Source of the DNA: Antechinus flavipes
Taxonomy: Eukaryota
Direction: 5' to 3'
Length of the DNA: 64,000 nucleotides
NCBI RefSeq assembly: GCF_016432865.1
Contig: NC_067403.1
Location: 245,520,001-245,584,000, forward strand
Below, piece after piece: positions 51,553 through 64,000 of the stretch. A program made the position numbers and the translations under genes. Every line of letters begins with the position of its first letter. Position 1 is the first letter of the stretch. The notes below the pieces were generated by a model. The model worked only from the letters and a program-made list of their open reading frames with translations, searched no databases and had not been told where the DNA came from.

Positions 51553-52866
51553 ACTATTTCCAGACAAATGAAAAAATGCTCCGAATCATTATTGATCAGA
51601 GAAATGCAAATTAAGACAACTCTGAGATACCCCTACACACCTCTCAGATTGGCTAAGATGACAGGAAAAAATAATGATAAATGTTAGAGGGGATGTGGGA
51701 AAACTGGGACACTGATACATTGTTGGTGGAATTATGAATACATCCAACCATTCTGGAGAGTGATTTGGAACTATGCTCAAAAACTTATCAAACTGTTCAT
51801 ATCCTGTGATCTAGCAGTGTTACTACTGGGGTTATATCTGAAAGAGAGCTTAAAGAAGGGAAAGGGATCCATATGTGCAAAAATGTTTGTGGCAGCCTGT
51901 GATGACTGTGTATTTTAAAATCAGTCTGAGTCAGGAATTCAGGTTAAGGGAGAATCTTCAATCTTTATTCTCTGTGGAGGTGAAGGGGGATCGCGATAGC
52001 AATGTGAGCAGCCAGCAGTCTCTTTCTCCTCTCTCTCTGCCCCTCTGCCTTCACCCACCAAAATTGTCATTTCCTGTACAACACATCAGGACTTGCACAA
52101 AGAGTGGGCGGGGGGCATTCTTTCTCCAAGCATATATGTTAATATAATCCAATTACTATTTAGCCTCATGTGCTTGGGACCTCAGTGCATTAACTCGAGC
52201 TTCAGCCCATTATAGCAGCCCTTTTTATAGTAGCTAGAAACTGGAAATTGAATGGATGCCCATCAATTGGAAAATGGCTGAATAAATTGTGGTATATGAA
52301 TATTATGGAATATTATTGTTTTGTAAGAAATGACAAGCAGGCTGATTTCAGAAAGGCCTGGAGAGACTTACATGAACTGATGCTGAGTGAAATGAGCAGA
52401 ACCAGGAGATCATTATACACTTCAACATTAATACTATATGATGATCGAATATGATGGATGTGGCTCTCTTCAACAATGAGAGGATCCAAATCAGTTCCAA
52501 TTGTTCAATAATGAAGAGAACTAGCTATACCCAGTGAAAGAACTATGGGAAATGAGTGTGGACCACAACATAGCTTTGCCACTCCTTCTGTTATTGTCTG
52601 CTTGCATTTTAATTTTCCTCCTCACGTTATTTTTACCTTATTTCTAAATCGGATTTTTCTTGTGCAGCAAGATAACTGGATAAATATGAATACATATATT
52701 GCATTTAACATATACTTTAACATATTTAACATGTATTGGTCTACTCGCCATCTAAGAGAGGGAGTGGGGGGAAGGGAGGGAAAAGTTGGAACAGAAGGTT
52801 TTTGCAAGGGTCAAAGCTGAAAAATTACCCGTTCATATGTCTTGTAAATAAAAAGCTATAATAAAA
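51553..52866 (+). mobile_element. 5'-truncated L1 with a 16-bp TSD at a TT/AAAA site; contains a nested solo LTR
   Basis: TSD AAAATGAGCTACTCCA (51537-51552) and AAAATGAGCTATTCCA (52867-52882). ORF2 C-terminal text (ggggatgtgggaaaactgggacactgatacattgttgg), 3'UTR, aataaaaagctataataaaa tail. Confidence 0.92.
51898..52214 (-). mobile_element. ERV solo LTR (317 bp) inserted in L1
   Basis: Perfect 6-bp TSD GCAGCC (51892-51897, 52215-52220). TG.. start and ..TA (decayed CA) end on the + strand. AATAAA on the minus strand (tttatt near 51964). The L1 sequence is continuous across the insertion. Confidence 0.88.
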
Positions 52867-52924
52867 AAAATGAGCTATTCCATTCACTATATTAGTTAAT
52901 AGCCTAACTACAACCTTAGTTAAT

Positions 52925-53237
52925 TGTAAAGGGCTGAAACTCTTGAGTTCATGCACTTAACCCTAATTACTTATTGGACAATACTCTATTAGCAGATGCT
53001 TGGAAAATGGCCCACCCCACTATTCTGTGCTGTCTTGATCTGTTGGTGTATAGAGAGATTTGGAGGAGGGATTAGAGGGTAGAGGAAGACAAGCCAGTGT
53101 GAATCCTGGCCAGGAGAGGAAGAGGAGCTTCCTGTGTGCATTCCTCTCATTTAGACCAATAATAAAGACCAAAGATTTTTGCTTATCCTGACTCCAGCTG
53201 ATTCTAAAGTATCCAGGGTGTTAACTTGGCCCCCACA
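52925..53237 (+). mobile_element. ERV solo LTR (313 bp), related family, opposite orientation
   Basis: TG...CA termini with a perfect 6-bp TSD GTTAAT (52919-52924, 53238-53243) and AATAAA near 53161. The 5' end tgtaaagggctgaaactcttgagttcatgcact resembles the reverse complement of the 51898-52214 end. Confidence 0.9.
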
Positions 53238-53244
53238 GTTAATT

Positions 53245-53990
53245 GCCATTATCATGCTTTCTGTATATTACCATGTACATTTTCCATAAGAATATAGTGT
53301 TTCTTGATCTTGGATACTCTATGGAAATTCTTTCCAAAATGTAGATTATATTAATTATGGGGAAAATAGTATTCCCGATATTTGCCATGCAACTTATCCA
53401 GATCTCTTCACATTTTTCATCAATGGTGATCCTTTCATTAGTCAGTGGTGACTTTTGACCATGATTTTGTTCTCTGCAAGCACTTTATTTCCCCATTTCT
53501 CACATGAGACTTTGTGTCATGTTCTGATATTTCTCCCTTACCACTGTGATGTTTCTGTGTCACTGATTAGCAAAATTTAAGAACTTCAGTATGTCATTTT
53601 TACACATCCAAAATAATCAGACATTCACTCATGAGTAATTCACACTTTTAGCCATTTGATGTTTACATAAGTGAAGTAGAATTAAATAATGCTGATAATT
53701 GCTGCTTTGTTTGATCTTCTTTTCCCTGATTCTTTTTTTTCTTCCTTGGTCAAACTCATAATTTTCTTTAGAATTAACTCCCCATGCAAGAGTCACAATG
53801 CCTTTTCTGACTGTATTCCCCATCTCACAATGGTGGTTGTATTCAATGGGACACTAATGTGTATGCATTTGCAACCTAAGTCTACTTAATTATTCTGTAC
53901 CAAAAATAAATGGACTCTATTTACAATTTGTTCATTTTTTTGCTCATCCCTTTGATCTACAACTTGAAATTTTTTAAAAAAATACCTTGA
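53245..53990 (+). pseudogene. Highly degenerate OR8K-like pseudogene; 5' end disrupted by LTR and L1 insertions
   Basis: ccatgtacattttcc (PMYFF), cttgatcttggatactct (DLGYS), gccttttctgactgtattccccatctcacaatggtggttgtattcaatgggacact (AFS.C..HLT.VVVF.GT), catttgcaacctaagtct and ccctttgatctacaacttga. Confidence 0.8.
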
Positions 53991-55429
53991 AAATAACTAT
54001 GGAAAATTTATGAAACTTCCTATTTTTTTATAATATATATTCTGATTCAAGTGAATAGTAAAATGGAAAATTAGACATCGTCTCTGATTTTTACCTTCTC
54101 TCAATTTTTTTTTCCAAAACTGGAATCATTCACAACAAATAAATACATCTCAACTCTCCAAAATTCAGAACATCCTAAACACACACACACAAAAGTTACA
54201 AGTTCAGAGAAGCAAAAACAAAGAAGTATTCTTTCCCCCTAACAAGGCTTATTCAATACCCCATCCTTCACTGACTACTTTGTTTTAGGCAGCATGGAGG
54301 CATAAACCAAATCACATATTTGCAGTCTATGTGTCTATCTATCTATCTATCTGACCTCCTCCCATCTGACTTTTCTGAAGACTCAAATGGTATATATATA
54401 TTTTTCAATCTGTGATATATGAAAGTATTCTGTTTGACAAAGGTCCTGGACCAGGAACTGATAAACAGAAGAAAAAAGATGAGGCTAATGTATAGCTTTA
54501 TAATACTCTACCAACCATTAGAGGAAAGGTTCACATACAAATGCATTCAGTTCTTATCTCATCAAAGCATATATATACATACACATACACACATACACCA
54601 AAGGGATCCAAGATAATAATGATCAGTTCTTATTTAAATGTAATATTTGTTTCTTCTAATTCCATAATCTGGATTTATTAAAAATCACTTATGTATAAAA
54701 ACTATGTTGAACCTCAGAAATAAAAATGTAAATTTTAAAAAAAATCAGGTGCAACACTTGAGGAGAATACAGTCTTATGTGGGAGAATAACATGCTGAAA
54801 AGTGAAAGGGGATAGAAAAGATATCTGGCATGAAGGCATGATGAAAAATTCAAAAACAGTGCAACTAGTGGGAAATATGGAGAAAAACTGCTGAAAACCA
54901 CTTTACATAGAAGCTCATCATCCAGCAAGAGAGTTCAATTATAGGAACAGAGAGTACTATGATGAAAGTACAAGAAGATTCCATCTTTCAGAATGATGGG
55001 ACTTTTCCATGCTGAGTTTACTAAGAAAAGAAGGCATGATGGAGAATCCCTTCCAAATGAAGCAAATATCACTTGACGTAAAGCCTGAAGGCATTTGTGT
55101 TTGGAGAAACAACATTAAGGAGGAATACCATTACATGCATAAAAAACCATAAACCTATGTAAGAAAAGAGGAGATATGACAGGGATGGATAAGCAAACCA
55201 GTTTGAAAAGAAGATTAAAAAAACACTAAGTAAAATAATGTGTGATCAGCCTGGAAAGATAGATAAGAATCAGGTTGTAAGGAATCTAAAAATCAAAATA
55301 GTGGAGTTTGAGTGCTGTGCCAAAGGCAAAGCCTAGAAAACAAAACAAAGTTTTGTTTATTTGTTGAATTTCATTTTTTAGTCATAGGTTCCATTTGTCA
55401 TTTTGGTAAAGCCTATGACCCCTTCATTT

Positions 55430-55990
55430 ATGGGGATTTTTTTTTCCTTTCATATAAAATGAAAAGCTTTAATAATGGGCAAATGTGGGTGGGGTGACAG
55501 TACAATGCTTGAGATTCACTTTCACTGGAATTAGTTCATAGAAGGAAGAGTTTATACACACTCAGTTGGTTATAGGCATGGATTACTCAATAGGGAAAGA
55601 GTAGAGGAAGGCAATAAGGGAAATGTCAAAGAGTATAAAAAAGAAGAAAGATTAAGGGTAACAGTTAAGAAAAACAGTTTCTTTAAAATGGAACAGAATA
55701 AAGAGAAGTATAAATAGAACAATATGCAGTCAGTAATGATAATGTGAATGTGAATGGAATGAGTTCTCTATAAGAGAAGCAGATAGTAGAACAGATTGGA
55801 AACCGAAATTCAAAAATGTTGTTTAGAAGAGACATAGTTGAAACACAAAGTCACACACAAAATTAAAATAAAATATTGGTATAGAATCTATTATGGTTCA
55901 GCTAAAGCAAAAGCAAAAAAAAAAAAGTAGGGGTAAATCAAGAGATATTCTTTTATACATATCAGAAAAGATGAGTTCTGGAAGGAATTA
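55430..55990 (+). mobile_element. Third partial copy of the old L1 remnant; marks the 5' edge of the OR5 duplication unit
   Basis: Colinear with 34330-35100 and 21000-21560 (gctttaataat, aatgtgaatgtgaatggaatg, ggttcagctaaagcaaaa). Confidence 0.7.
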
Positions 55991-56269
55991 ATGCAAACAT
56001 GTATACGAGGCCATCAATTATTGCTTGACCCAAACCAGAGAGTAGTCCTTTTTTGGAAAGGAGCAACTGATTTGGCTATGAGTCAGTCAAATGGACTGCC
56101 CACTGAGATTCTTAAGATCTACCAAAGACTTTGCTTGCCTTATATTCTACCATTGTTTCTTAAACTTTTTTTTTTTCTGTTTGTGACTCTGTTTGCCCAA
56201 GAAATTTTAAGGAACCTCAGGTATATAAAATAGATATACAAATCAAACATTTACTGATATACCATAATT

Positions 56270-57440
56270 TCACAATTCTCACATTCAATAACACAATCCC
56301 ACATGAGGTTGTGACCTACATTTTGAGAAGCTTTGTGCTAGTCTACCCCTTCAATATTCTTCTTTTTCATAAGTATTAAAATTGACATCTCAGTGTCCAA
56401 CAAGAAATCAGTCCCTCAATATGGGCTGTGGATCATGCCAAATTGTCATCTCATTGAATCTAAATGATAAATATACCTCCTGTGCCATCAACTCCATAAC
56501 CAGGAATATATCAGGAAACTGTCTTACCATGGTTTGCCCTTGGGTTTCAGGCAGAGGCCTATTGTGGTATCTTTCTTGTCAATAGTCCAATTTTTTTAAG
56601 CAAGAAAACTGTGATGAAACAGAGAGTAAGCAGCCCTACAATTTGAATACCTGCAGAATGACCATTGAATTGCCCTGGTCTATAGGTTGTAGCTTTGTTT
56701 TGCTCTGTAAAGACTAACTGAACCAGTAAATAGAAGTCTTTCCAATGGAACATTTCACACAAACATAGCATCCAAGGTGTTTGAACAAGAAAATAATCTC
56801 AAAATTTGGCCTGCCATATACTACTGACTGAAATTAAGGACCATAATAGTAATAACTAAGCAATTTTTCAAGTGTTTTGGGTTAACCCTGAACTTGCATA
56901 CTCTTTTATATCAACAATCACTGGGGCAGTCAGATCCCTAATTTAAGGGATTTAAGATTCTTTGGGAAAATCTATGCCAGAATATCCCAGCTTAAAGGGA
57001 TGATACATCCCTTTGTGTTGTTCTGATGTAGAAATTGTAAAAATAAGGATTTTGGACTATTAACTTTTGAAATTCTATTTGGTAGGCCACCTACCACTCT
57101 TCTAAGGCTAGAAAATGAGAATATGAGGCTAGCCAAAGGGGACAAAAGCCAGCCAAGGTATGTGATTTATCTGCCTAATTCCCTTTCAGAAGTCTATAAT
57201 GAAGCTTCATATAAACTCTGCCTTTGGAAGCAGGTACACATCCATTTGGGACAGAAATCTATATTTGTGATTGAAATTTCAAGAAGACATTCTTAAGACC
57301 TTCTGTAAATGATATTTTCCTGCTGACAAGTCATACTGCCATTAATGCTACTGAACAGATGCCCTGGATAGATTACTGCCACATAAAGCCTATATGAACA
57401 TGCCCAATGAGAAATACCCTTGAGAGTATACAACTATTGA
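56270..57440 (+). mobile_element. Paralogous ERV integrase remnant
   Basis: FEILFGRP at 57066-57089; colinear with 36100-37300. Confidence 0.7.
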
Positions 57441-57694
57441 ACAGATTCTTAATTCACAAATATTAATTTGCTAAATGATGGTAAAATTGAAAAACAGAGG
57501 TAGGAGGGGAAGTCTAGTAAGGAAGAGGAAATGAGAACAGCAATGGGAATAAATAAAGACTATTCAGTATATGACCAATCAAAATAGGGACTTGAGATTG
57601 GCTTATTGGATCAAATTTTCACAGTGTTACAATTTTTGACCATCTTCCGTGAAAAAAAAAAATATTAGTACCAATAATAACTAATTTTGAAACT

Positions 57695-57953
57695 ATTTTC
57701 ACACATTTATTGGAGAGCAAAGTGACATGGAAAGAGACTTTAGTAATGAGTCCCTAAAGTGCCTTTATTCCCCTAGTGAAAAATCCATATAATGAAGTTT
57801 TTTTTTCTTAATTATATGAAGCTGAAGACATCATATTATATGTTACTTAGAAAAGGCCATACAATTCTTCAGGAACAAGCAAAAACCTTAGCAAGATTCT
57901 TGGGATTAGGGCAAATGAGCATAGGGTACAGCTTTTCTCCTCTACAGGTAGGT
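57695..57953 (+). promoter_or_regulatory. OR promoter / exon-1-like module (copy upstream of the OR8J remnant and OR5)
   Basis: TAATGAgTCCCT (57744), CCCCTAGTGA, and donor CAG|GTAGGT at 57947/57948. Confidence 0.5.
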
Positions 57954-60257
57954 TGCTCTACTGCACTGCACTTTTGATTTATTTGACTTTTCTTCATTTT
58001 GTTTTATCAGAGCAAAACAATGTTATCAAAAGCTTTAATGTGATTCTTTAATGTGATTAAAAAGATTTAATGTGACAGACACCCATCACTTATTCATAAG
58101 GTGTAGAATGTTATTTCTGTCTCAATCATGTTTGCATCAGCTCAAGGAGAGAAAAATGTACAAATCTTATTTCCAGGCTATCTGAGTCTAAAATAGAAAA
58201 AAAAAAAGATAGGTGTTGAACTTTTATTATTTTCACCTTGAGGTTCTCTTTCCTAGCAGCTATATACAAATGACCCTTCCTACATCTGAAGTTGTTGATC
58301 AAATTTTGAGTGACTCTCCAGGATACTGAGAGGTTAAGAAAGGCACAATAGATCACACTAGTAATCAGAGGAAGGAAAAGAGGGAGTACAAAGAAATTCT
58401 CAGCTTTGTCCTTGCTTTCTAATCAGTTACAGCAGGACTTCCTGATTCTAAGATCATTTCTATTGTCACTCAGATGATTTCAGAGTTACAAAGGGGAAAA
58501 AAAGAAATTAACTCTTGACTTCCTGGACTGATAGAAGATTACTGTAATTAGGGAGTCTAATAATTTTCTTCAGTTTGGGGAAAGCTGTAATTGAGAGTTA
58601 AGGGGGAAAACCTTGAATCTCAATTTAATTTTGCTTTGGAAGTTGTCCCCATGGCATTGTTTCTTTGAGTAAAACTGCTCTGATACTGGGGAGAGACAGT
58701 TTAAAATGTAATTGGAATTGGATTTCTAATCTAGAAAAAAGTCACATTTCTACATCGCTTTAAGATTTGAGAAATCCTTTGGGTCAATAATTTGGTTTAT
58801 ACATTCTAACAGTTTGGTTCTTTGGATTGGTTATATAAAAGAATGTTCAACCCAAGCAAGAAAATAGGAACTTATCTGAAATTCCCATTTTAAATTTATA
58901 AGTTTGATAAATATTCATTTAGAAAGGACCATGAAGGACATATTGAACAACAGATGTCTGAATGTAGAAAGACCCCTAACATCTCATTAAATCCACAAGG
59001 TTGATGATGTCTAGTGAACTTTATTAGGCATAGTTCTCTGCTTTATAGTTTTCATGGACATGAAATCAACAATGTACAGGTTAATCTAAACAAGTAGCTT
59101 TCTGAAAACATCAACACAATACTCTTTAAAACTTAATCTACATTATTAATGCTTTCTTCATCTCATTCATGCTTCTAGAGAGTCAACAACACTTAGGCAG
59201 GTTTATTTCCTATTTATGATTGTTTACACTTGAAATCTAAACATTTAATAAAGCAGCTGGGAGGAGTTCCAGCAGATCCCTTGGTTAGAGTTGAGCTCAT
59301 TGTTTCTATGCAGAATACATCAAAATCCTCAAGATAAATCTCTGGTTTGTCCGGAATTTAACAGTTCTATTTCCAAAGGTATACCTGATCTGATCACATT
59401 CACCACCACTCAAAATTCCCTATTTCTGAGCTGTTAAAGCAAAACTTAAGTAACTCACAATCATGTTTTACAATGTTTTCCATGAACCAGTTTTGAATTT
59501 GAGACTCATAATACTGCAATCTACCACCACCCAATTGATTTACTTCTTTTCTATTAGTCAATAATTTACACAAGTTTTCCTCTTACAGTCATTTAGGAGT
59601 ATTGTAAATGTTAAATGTGTTTCACCTCAAGGCTTTACTTGTACAGCTCTAGGAATGGCAAACTCCTATCCTCCAAAAAAAGTCATTTGAGTTTTGAAGT
59701 TTGAATTTGAGTTTTATTTTGCTTTTTTGTTTTTCAAAATCTGTTTTGTTCTACTATTTCTATGTATTGATCTTATTTCTACTTTGATGAGCTTAAAAGA
59801 ATCAGAAAAATCTTTCTTTTGACAATTCTTTAAAATTTTGACAAGAGATGCTTCATATCAATTGATCTCAAATCTTTCTTTAGATTAAACATTTCCACTT
59901 CCTTTACCTAATATTTACATGATAAAGTTTCAAGTGTCTTCCTGTCAAAGATATTTGCCAGTTGGTCAATATGCAACCTTTAATACTGTATCCAGAATTG
60001 AAACAAATGAGATTTGATCAAGGCAATGTTTCCAATAATTCAGTTTAACATTTATTATTGATATCAAACATCAATTAACCCAAGTTCCCAAGTTATATTT
60101 ATCATAGCAAATCTTGTCTTGATAAATAGCAAAGTTGGAGCTTCACATTTTGATTATTTCATTACAAAAGAGTGACTTGTCAATTTATCAATAAATTTTG
60201 CTTCAGAAACTACTATTAATCAGAACTTTGCTAATTGCTGGGGGAAGGGAGGGTAGA

Positions 60258-60650
60258 GTTCTGTTTGTTTTATCTTGCTCTGTAATCCACATGCCTGAAA
60301 TATTACCCTTATCTTTTCAAGTTCCAATTTCTTTTTTTTCCATGAACATTGGCCAAGTGTTCCAGTTTTATATGAACTTAGCCATCCTGAGAAGATGGAA
60401 AACAGAAAACCTTTTCTACTTGAGCTTCCCACATAATAACTATCACTGTTTTGTATGAGACACTTCTTTTCATGTATTTAAGACATCTTCCCAACCCTTC
60501 CTTAGTTACTGACAAAATGGCATCAATGTGCTACACATTACTGATCTCCCAGTGAATGTTTTGATCTATACAGCCTGTGGAACAAGGATACCAAGGAGGC
60601 TCTGAAGAGAGCCTTCACCAAGTCTTACCAAACTTTAAAAAACCTACAAA
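60258..60650 (+). pseudogene. OR8J-like 3' remnant, paralog of the 41.3 kb remnant
   Basis: Same 5' breakpoint after a G-rich tract. Retains gccatcctgaga, gacacttcttttcatgtattt, ttgatctatacagcctgtggaacaagga (IYSLRNK-like) and ggaggctctgaagaga. Confidence 0.85.
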
Positions 60651-61794
60651 TTGACAAAGAGTAAATAAAGTCATTCACAAGCTGAATTAAAATTTATAGC
60701 ATTGCTATGTTTATGGCAGCAAATTACAGGAATGTAAGACAACCGGGCAGTAAATTAGTTAAATAGAAAGAAAAGAAAGCACAAAAAAGTCCCATAAGAG
60801 AGAAGAGAGATAGATCTGGTACCCTATCTGTAGATATAGTCAAGTATAGAAGCAAGTGAGAAAGAAGAAAACAAGCTTGGTGGAGGTAGGGAGATATAAG
60901 AAAAGAGTAGAGAATAAAGAAAAATCAACTGAAATGTGGAAACCAGAAGATAATGTACTGAGAAGTTTATATTAACCTCTTTGGAATTATCTTATTGTTA
61001 GTCATAGGATTGTGCAATACTGTATATGGATGGACTAGAGGTATAAATGTAATTTGCAGGAGAACTTAAAATTTCAGAAATCTGATTAAAACCACATGAT
61101 TATTGATTTTTATTTTGGTAAATGATCTAATAATTCTCTAGTTTCATTCAAACTCTCCAGTGGTATAGTCTAAGATGGAAATTCCATTTTCCTTAGTCCA
61201 CTAAGTTAATAAGTATCTTTTAAGCAGCATTACTCTGCCACCCAGCTGTCATAAAGCACTATATAATTATACATATATAGTATTCTTATCATTAAAATAG
61301 CATAAATTCATCTTAAATGCAGTAATAGGTGAGAGAATATTTATAGAAATCATAGCCAAATAGGAGAATTTTCTCTAACATGTGGATATCAACTTGAGAA
61401 TCATGAAGGTTGTAACTTTGGGGCACTATTGTAATAAGCTTTTGATACCTACAATTCTGTTCCACTGCTAATGTTTGTCATAGAATTAATTAGGACTCTG
61501 TAAATTGATGACCCTGGGATCTACTAGATATTTTTAATATTGAAACTAGGAATCTTTGCACATATCTTGGATTATGACTCAGAATTGAGCTGATGTGAGA
61601 TCTTCAGCAAGTACAGATGTGATAAGTAAGTGTATTTCTTAAGGATTACACAAAGACAATTTAAGAACATTTTTGAAGCTTTCTATTTGTTACAGATGAG
61701 ATATTAGATAATATGGTCATCATCGCCCTTCTTTAAATTACAATGAGTCACACTGACCATTTTTTTGAAAGTAACACGGGTTCATTAATTTCTT

Positions 61795-62308
61795 TTTTAT
61801 TTTTTTAATTTTTTTATTATAGGTTTTTATTTACAAGTTATATGCATGGGTAATTTTACAGCACTGACAATTGCCAAACCTTTCATTCCATTTTTTTCCC
61901 TTCTCCCCCCATTTTCTTCCCCCAGTGGTAGGTTGACCAATACATCAAATATATTAAAGTATAAATTAAATACAATAAATATACATGCCCTAACAGTTAT
62001 TTTGCTGTAGAAAAAGAATCGGACTTTGAAATAGTGTACTATTAGTCTGTGAAGGAAATAAAAAATGCAAATGGACAAAAATAGAGGGATTGGGAATTCT
62101 ATGTAATGGTTCATAGTCATCTCCCAGAGTTCTTTCACTGAATATAGCTGGTTCAATTCATTATTGCTATATTGGAACTGATTTGGTTCATCTCATTGCT
62201 GGAGATGGCCATGCCCATCAGAACTGATCATCATATAGTATTGTTGTTGAAGTATATAATGATCTCCTGGTCCTGCTCATTTCACTCAGCATTAGTTAAT
62301 GTATTTTG
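61795..62308 (-). mobile_element. 5'-truncated L1 3' fragment, antisense, specific to the OR5 unit
   Basis: 10-bp TSD TTAATTTCTT (61785-61794, 62309-62318), poly-T head and L1 3'UTR text. Empty site caattttgtcaatttcttgaag at ~43123-43144. Confidence 0.88.
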
Positions 62309-63325
62309 TTAATTTCTTGAAGTAATTACAGGAGATATGGTTGTTTCTATGATATGTGAAGGACTCTGGCAAAATACATTTTCTGTAAATAGTTATATAT
62401 CTTCCAATGATGAGAGGAAGAAATGAAAAGAAGATTATAGCTCTACTTGCTGTGGTAGGTAAGAGGAAAAATTGGAATAAAAAGTTCCCTTCTCAAATCA
62501 ATTTATTTCTTTTCAATCTGATTGAAATAAAATATTATTTTATGGATAGTCATAAACAAAAACAAAAAAACATTCCAATTTGCTTTGCCCTGCTGCCTTC
62601 TGAGAAGGTTCAGACTATGTTCCATAATATCAAGGGTCCAAAGTTATTTCCTCTGAACTTGATAACTATAGAGACTTTTGATATTACTGGGTGAGAAGAT
62701 ATAAGTGAATTATCTGATAGTGAAATGTCTCTCTTTGTTTTATAATACGCTGAAATTTATAATTTCCCTTAGGGTAAGTTCTGCTTTTTTGTCCAATGTA
62801 TCTTCATATTAAGACTAAAACACATTACATACCTATTTTTGGAAGTTTATTTGTGCTTTTATTAGGAAGATGGTTAAGTGGCTTTTTTTTTTTTTTAACA
62901 GAAACCATCCGGTTATAAATTTTAGTTGACCAATATCAGCGAAATTTCATGCAATTATAGAAATGAAAAGGCATATGGATGATTGGATACTAATAATGGT
63001 TAGTAAACCAATCTCCTTTGAGATACAATATTGTTATTCATGGTACCATCATAAAAACAAACTTTATAAACGTAACTTTTTATGTGTCATTGAAAATAAT
63101 AATTAAATATATCAAAAATTTGCCCAGGTTCAACCTCAATCATATCAACAGCAAAGGAATCTGTCTCTGAGGCATACACCAAGGAAACATCATGGGAAGT
63201 AAGGAGACCTTTGCTGGATTCCTTGATATTACATTGAAAAGTGAAAGTACACACCTGATCTTTTGTGAGTGGTGCATCCTATATTGAAAGAGCATATGCC
63301 AAACTGTTTTCCTTGGCTGGAAGAA

Positions 63326-64000
63326 ATGGATAATTGTAATGAGACTACATCAATTCAAGTAACTGAATTCATTCTCATGGGCATCACAAATCATCCTGAT
63401 CTACAAATTCCTCTTTTTCTTGTGTTCCTCATCATCTACATGATAACAGCTTTGGGGAATCTGGGTTTGATTATCTTAATCAAAATTGATTCTCACCTGA
63501 AAACACCCATGTACTTTTTTCTAAGGAATCTGGCATTTATTGATCTTGGATACTCCACTGCCATTGGCCCCAAAATGTTGGTTAATTTTGTAGTGGAGGA
63601 AAATGTCATATCTTATATTGGATGTGCAAGCCAGCTAGTAATTTTTATAACATTAATAATAAGTGAGCTTTATATGTTATCAGTGATGGCCTATGATCGC
63701 TATGTAGCTATCTGTAATCCCCTATTGTACATGGTCATTATGTCAGACAGAGTGTGTTATCTTTTGGTGGCCATCCCATATGTCTACAGCTCCTTTCAAG
63801 CACTACTGACAACAATTAAGATTTTTAATTCCTCTTTTTGGGAATCTAATGTAATTAGTCATTTTTATTGTGATAGTCTCCCCCTCCTGAGTATTTTATG
63901 CAAAGATGCAAAGGATGTAGAGTTATTTATTCTGAGCCTTTCTTCTTTTAATTTAATTTTCTCTCTCCTGGTTGTTCTTTTTTCATATGGACTCATTCTT
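63326..64000 (+). CDS. Olfactory receptor, OR8K-like (OR5), open reading frame truncated by the window end (225 codons visible)
   Basis: Manual translation: MDNCNETTSIQVTEFILMGITNHPDLQIPLF...PMYFFLRNLAFIDLGYSTAIGPKML...MAYDRYVAICNPLLY...SFWESNVISHFYCDSLPLLSILCKD...SYGLIL, with no stop. An additional in-frame ATG lies at 63296. Confidence 0.93.
   Translation, partial: MDNCNETTSIQVTEFILMGITNHPDLQIPLFLVFLIIYMITALGNLGLIILIKIDSHLKTPMYFFLRNLAFIDLGYSTAIGPKMLVNFVVEENVISYIGCASQLVIFITLIISELYMLSVMAYDRYVAICNPLLYMVIMSDRVCYLLVAIPYVYSSFQALLTTIKIFNSSFWESNVISHFYCDSLPLLSILCKDAKDVELFILSLSSFNLIFSLLVVLFSYGLIL

Larger units (their letters stand above)
55430..64000 (+). repeat. Segmental tandem duplication unit (OR5 unit), paralogous to ~34330-44850 (OR4 unit) and, in part, ~21000-30100 (OR3 unit)
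   Basis: Colinear landmarks: L1 remnant, ERV integrase, promoter module, conserved intronic block, OR8J remnant, OR8K upstream region and CDS. Confidence 0.9.

Noticed and set aside
1-64000. CRISPR arrays, tRNA/rRNA genes or prokaryote-type defence systems
   Set aside because: No regularly spaced repeat-spacer arrays or structural RNA genes were seen apart from the 7SL pseudogene; the DNA is mammalian.

Overview
AT-rich, CpG-depleted mammalian genomic DNA. MAR1/MIR-type SINEs, marsupial-type L1 ends and the absence of Alu point to a marsupial, plausibly a dasyurid; the species is an inference. The window is part of a class II olfactory receptor (OR) family 8 cluster with all genes on the + strand. 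It holds one intact OR8J-like gene (3489-4436) and two intact OR8K-like genes (16588-17559, 29418-30377). A third OR8K-like gene is broken by a single 1-bp deletion (44172-45130), and a fourth is open but runs off the window end (63326->64000, missed by the ORF track). There are also two old OR8K-like pseudogenes (~46.2-47.1 kb, ~53.2-54.0 kb) and two 5'-deleted OR8J remnants (~41.3 kb, ~60.3 kb). The cluster grew by tandem duplication of a ~13-19 kb cassette: [promoter-like module - OR8J (decayed) - OR8K - old L1/ERV remnants]. Later L1, solo-LTR and 7SL insertions are copy-specific. Main findings: (1) the conserved ECL2 Cys169 is Trp in all four OR8K copies, and one copy has also lost the partner Cys189; (2) duplicated OR8K genes appear to lack the OR2-type promoter and may be driven by the module that originally served OR8J; (3) conserved homeodomain/O-E (Lhx2/Ebf)-like promoter modules and a conserved 70-nt candidate 5'UTR exon; (4) a two-template insertion and a hairpin-deleted 7SL retrocopy. 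No prokaryotic-type systems (CRISPR etc.) are present. Most short ORFs in the track are spurious. Alignments were done by eye and repeat boundaries are approximate.
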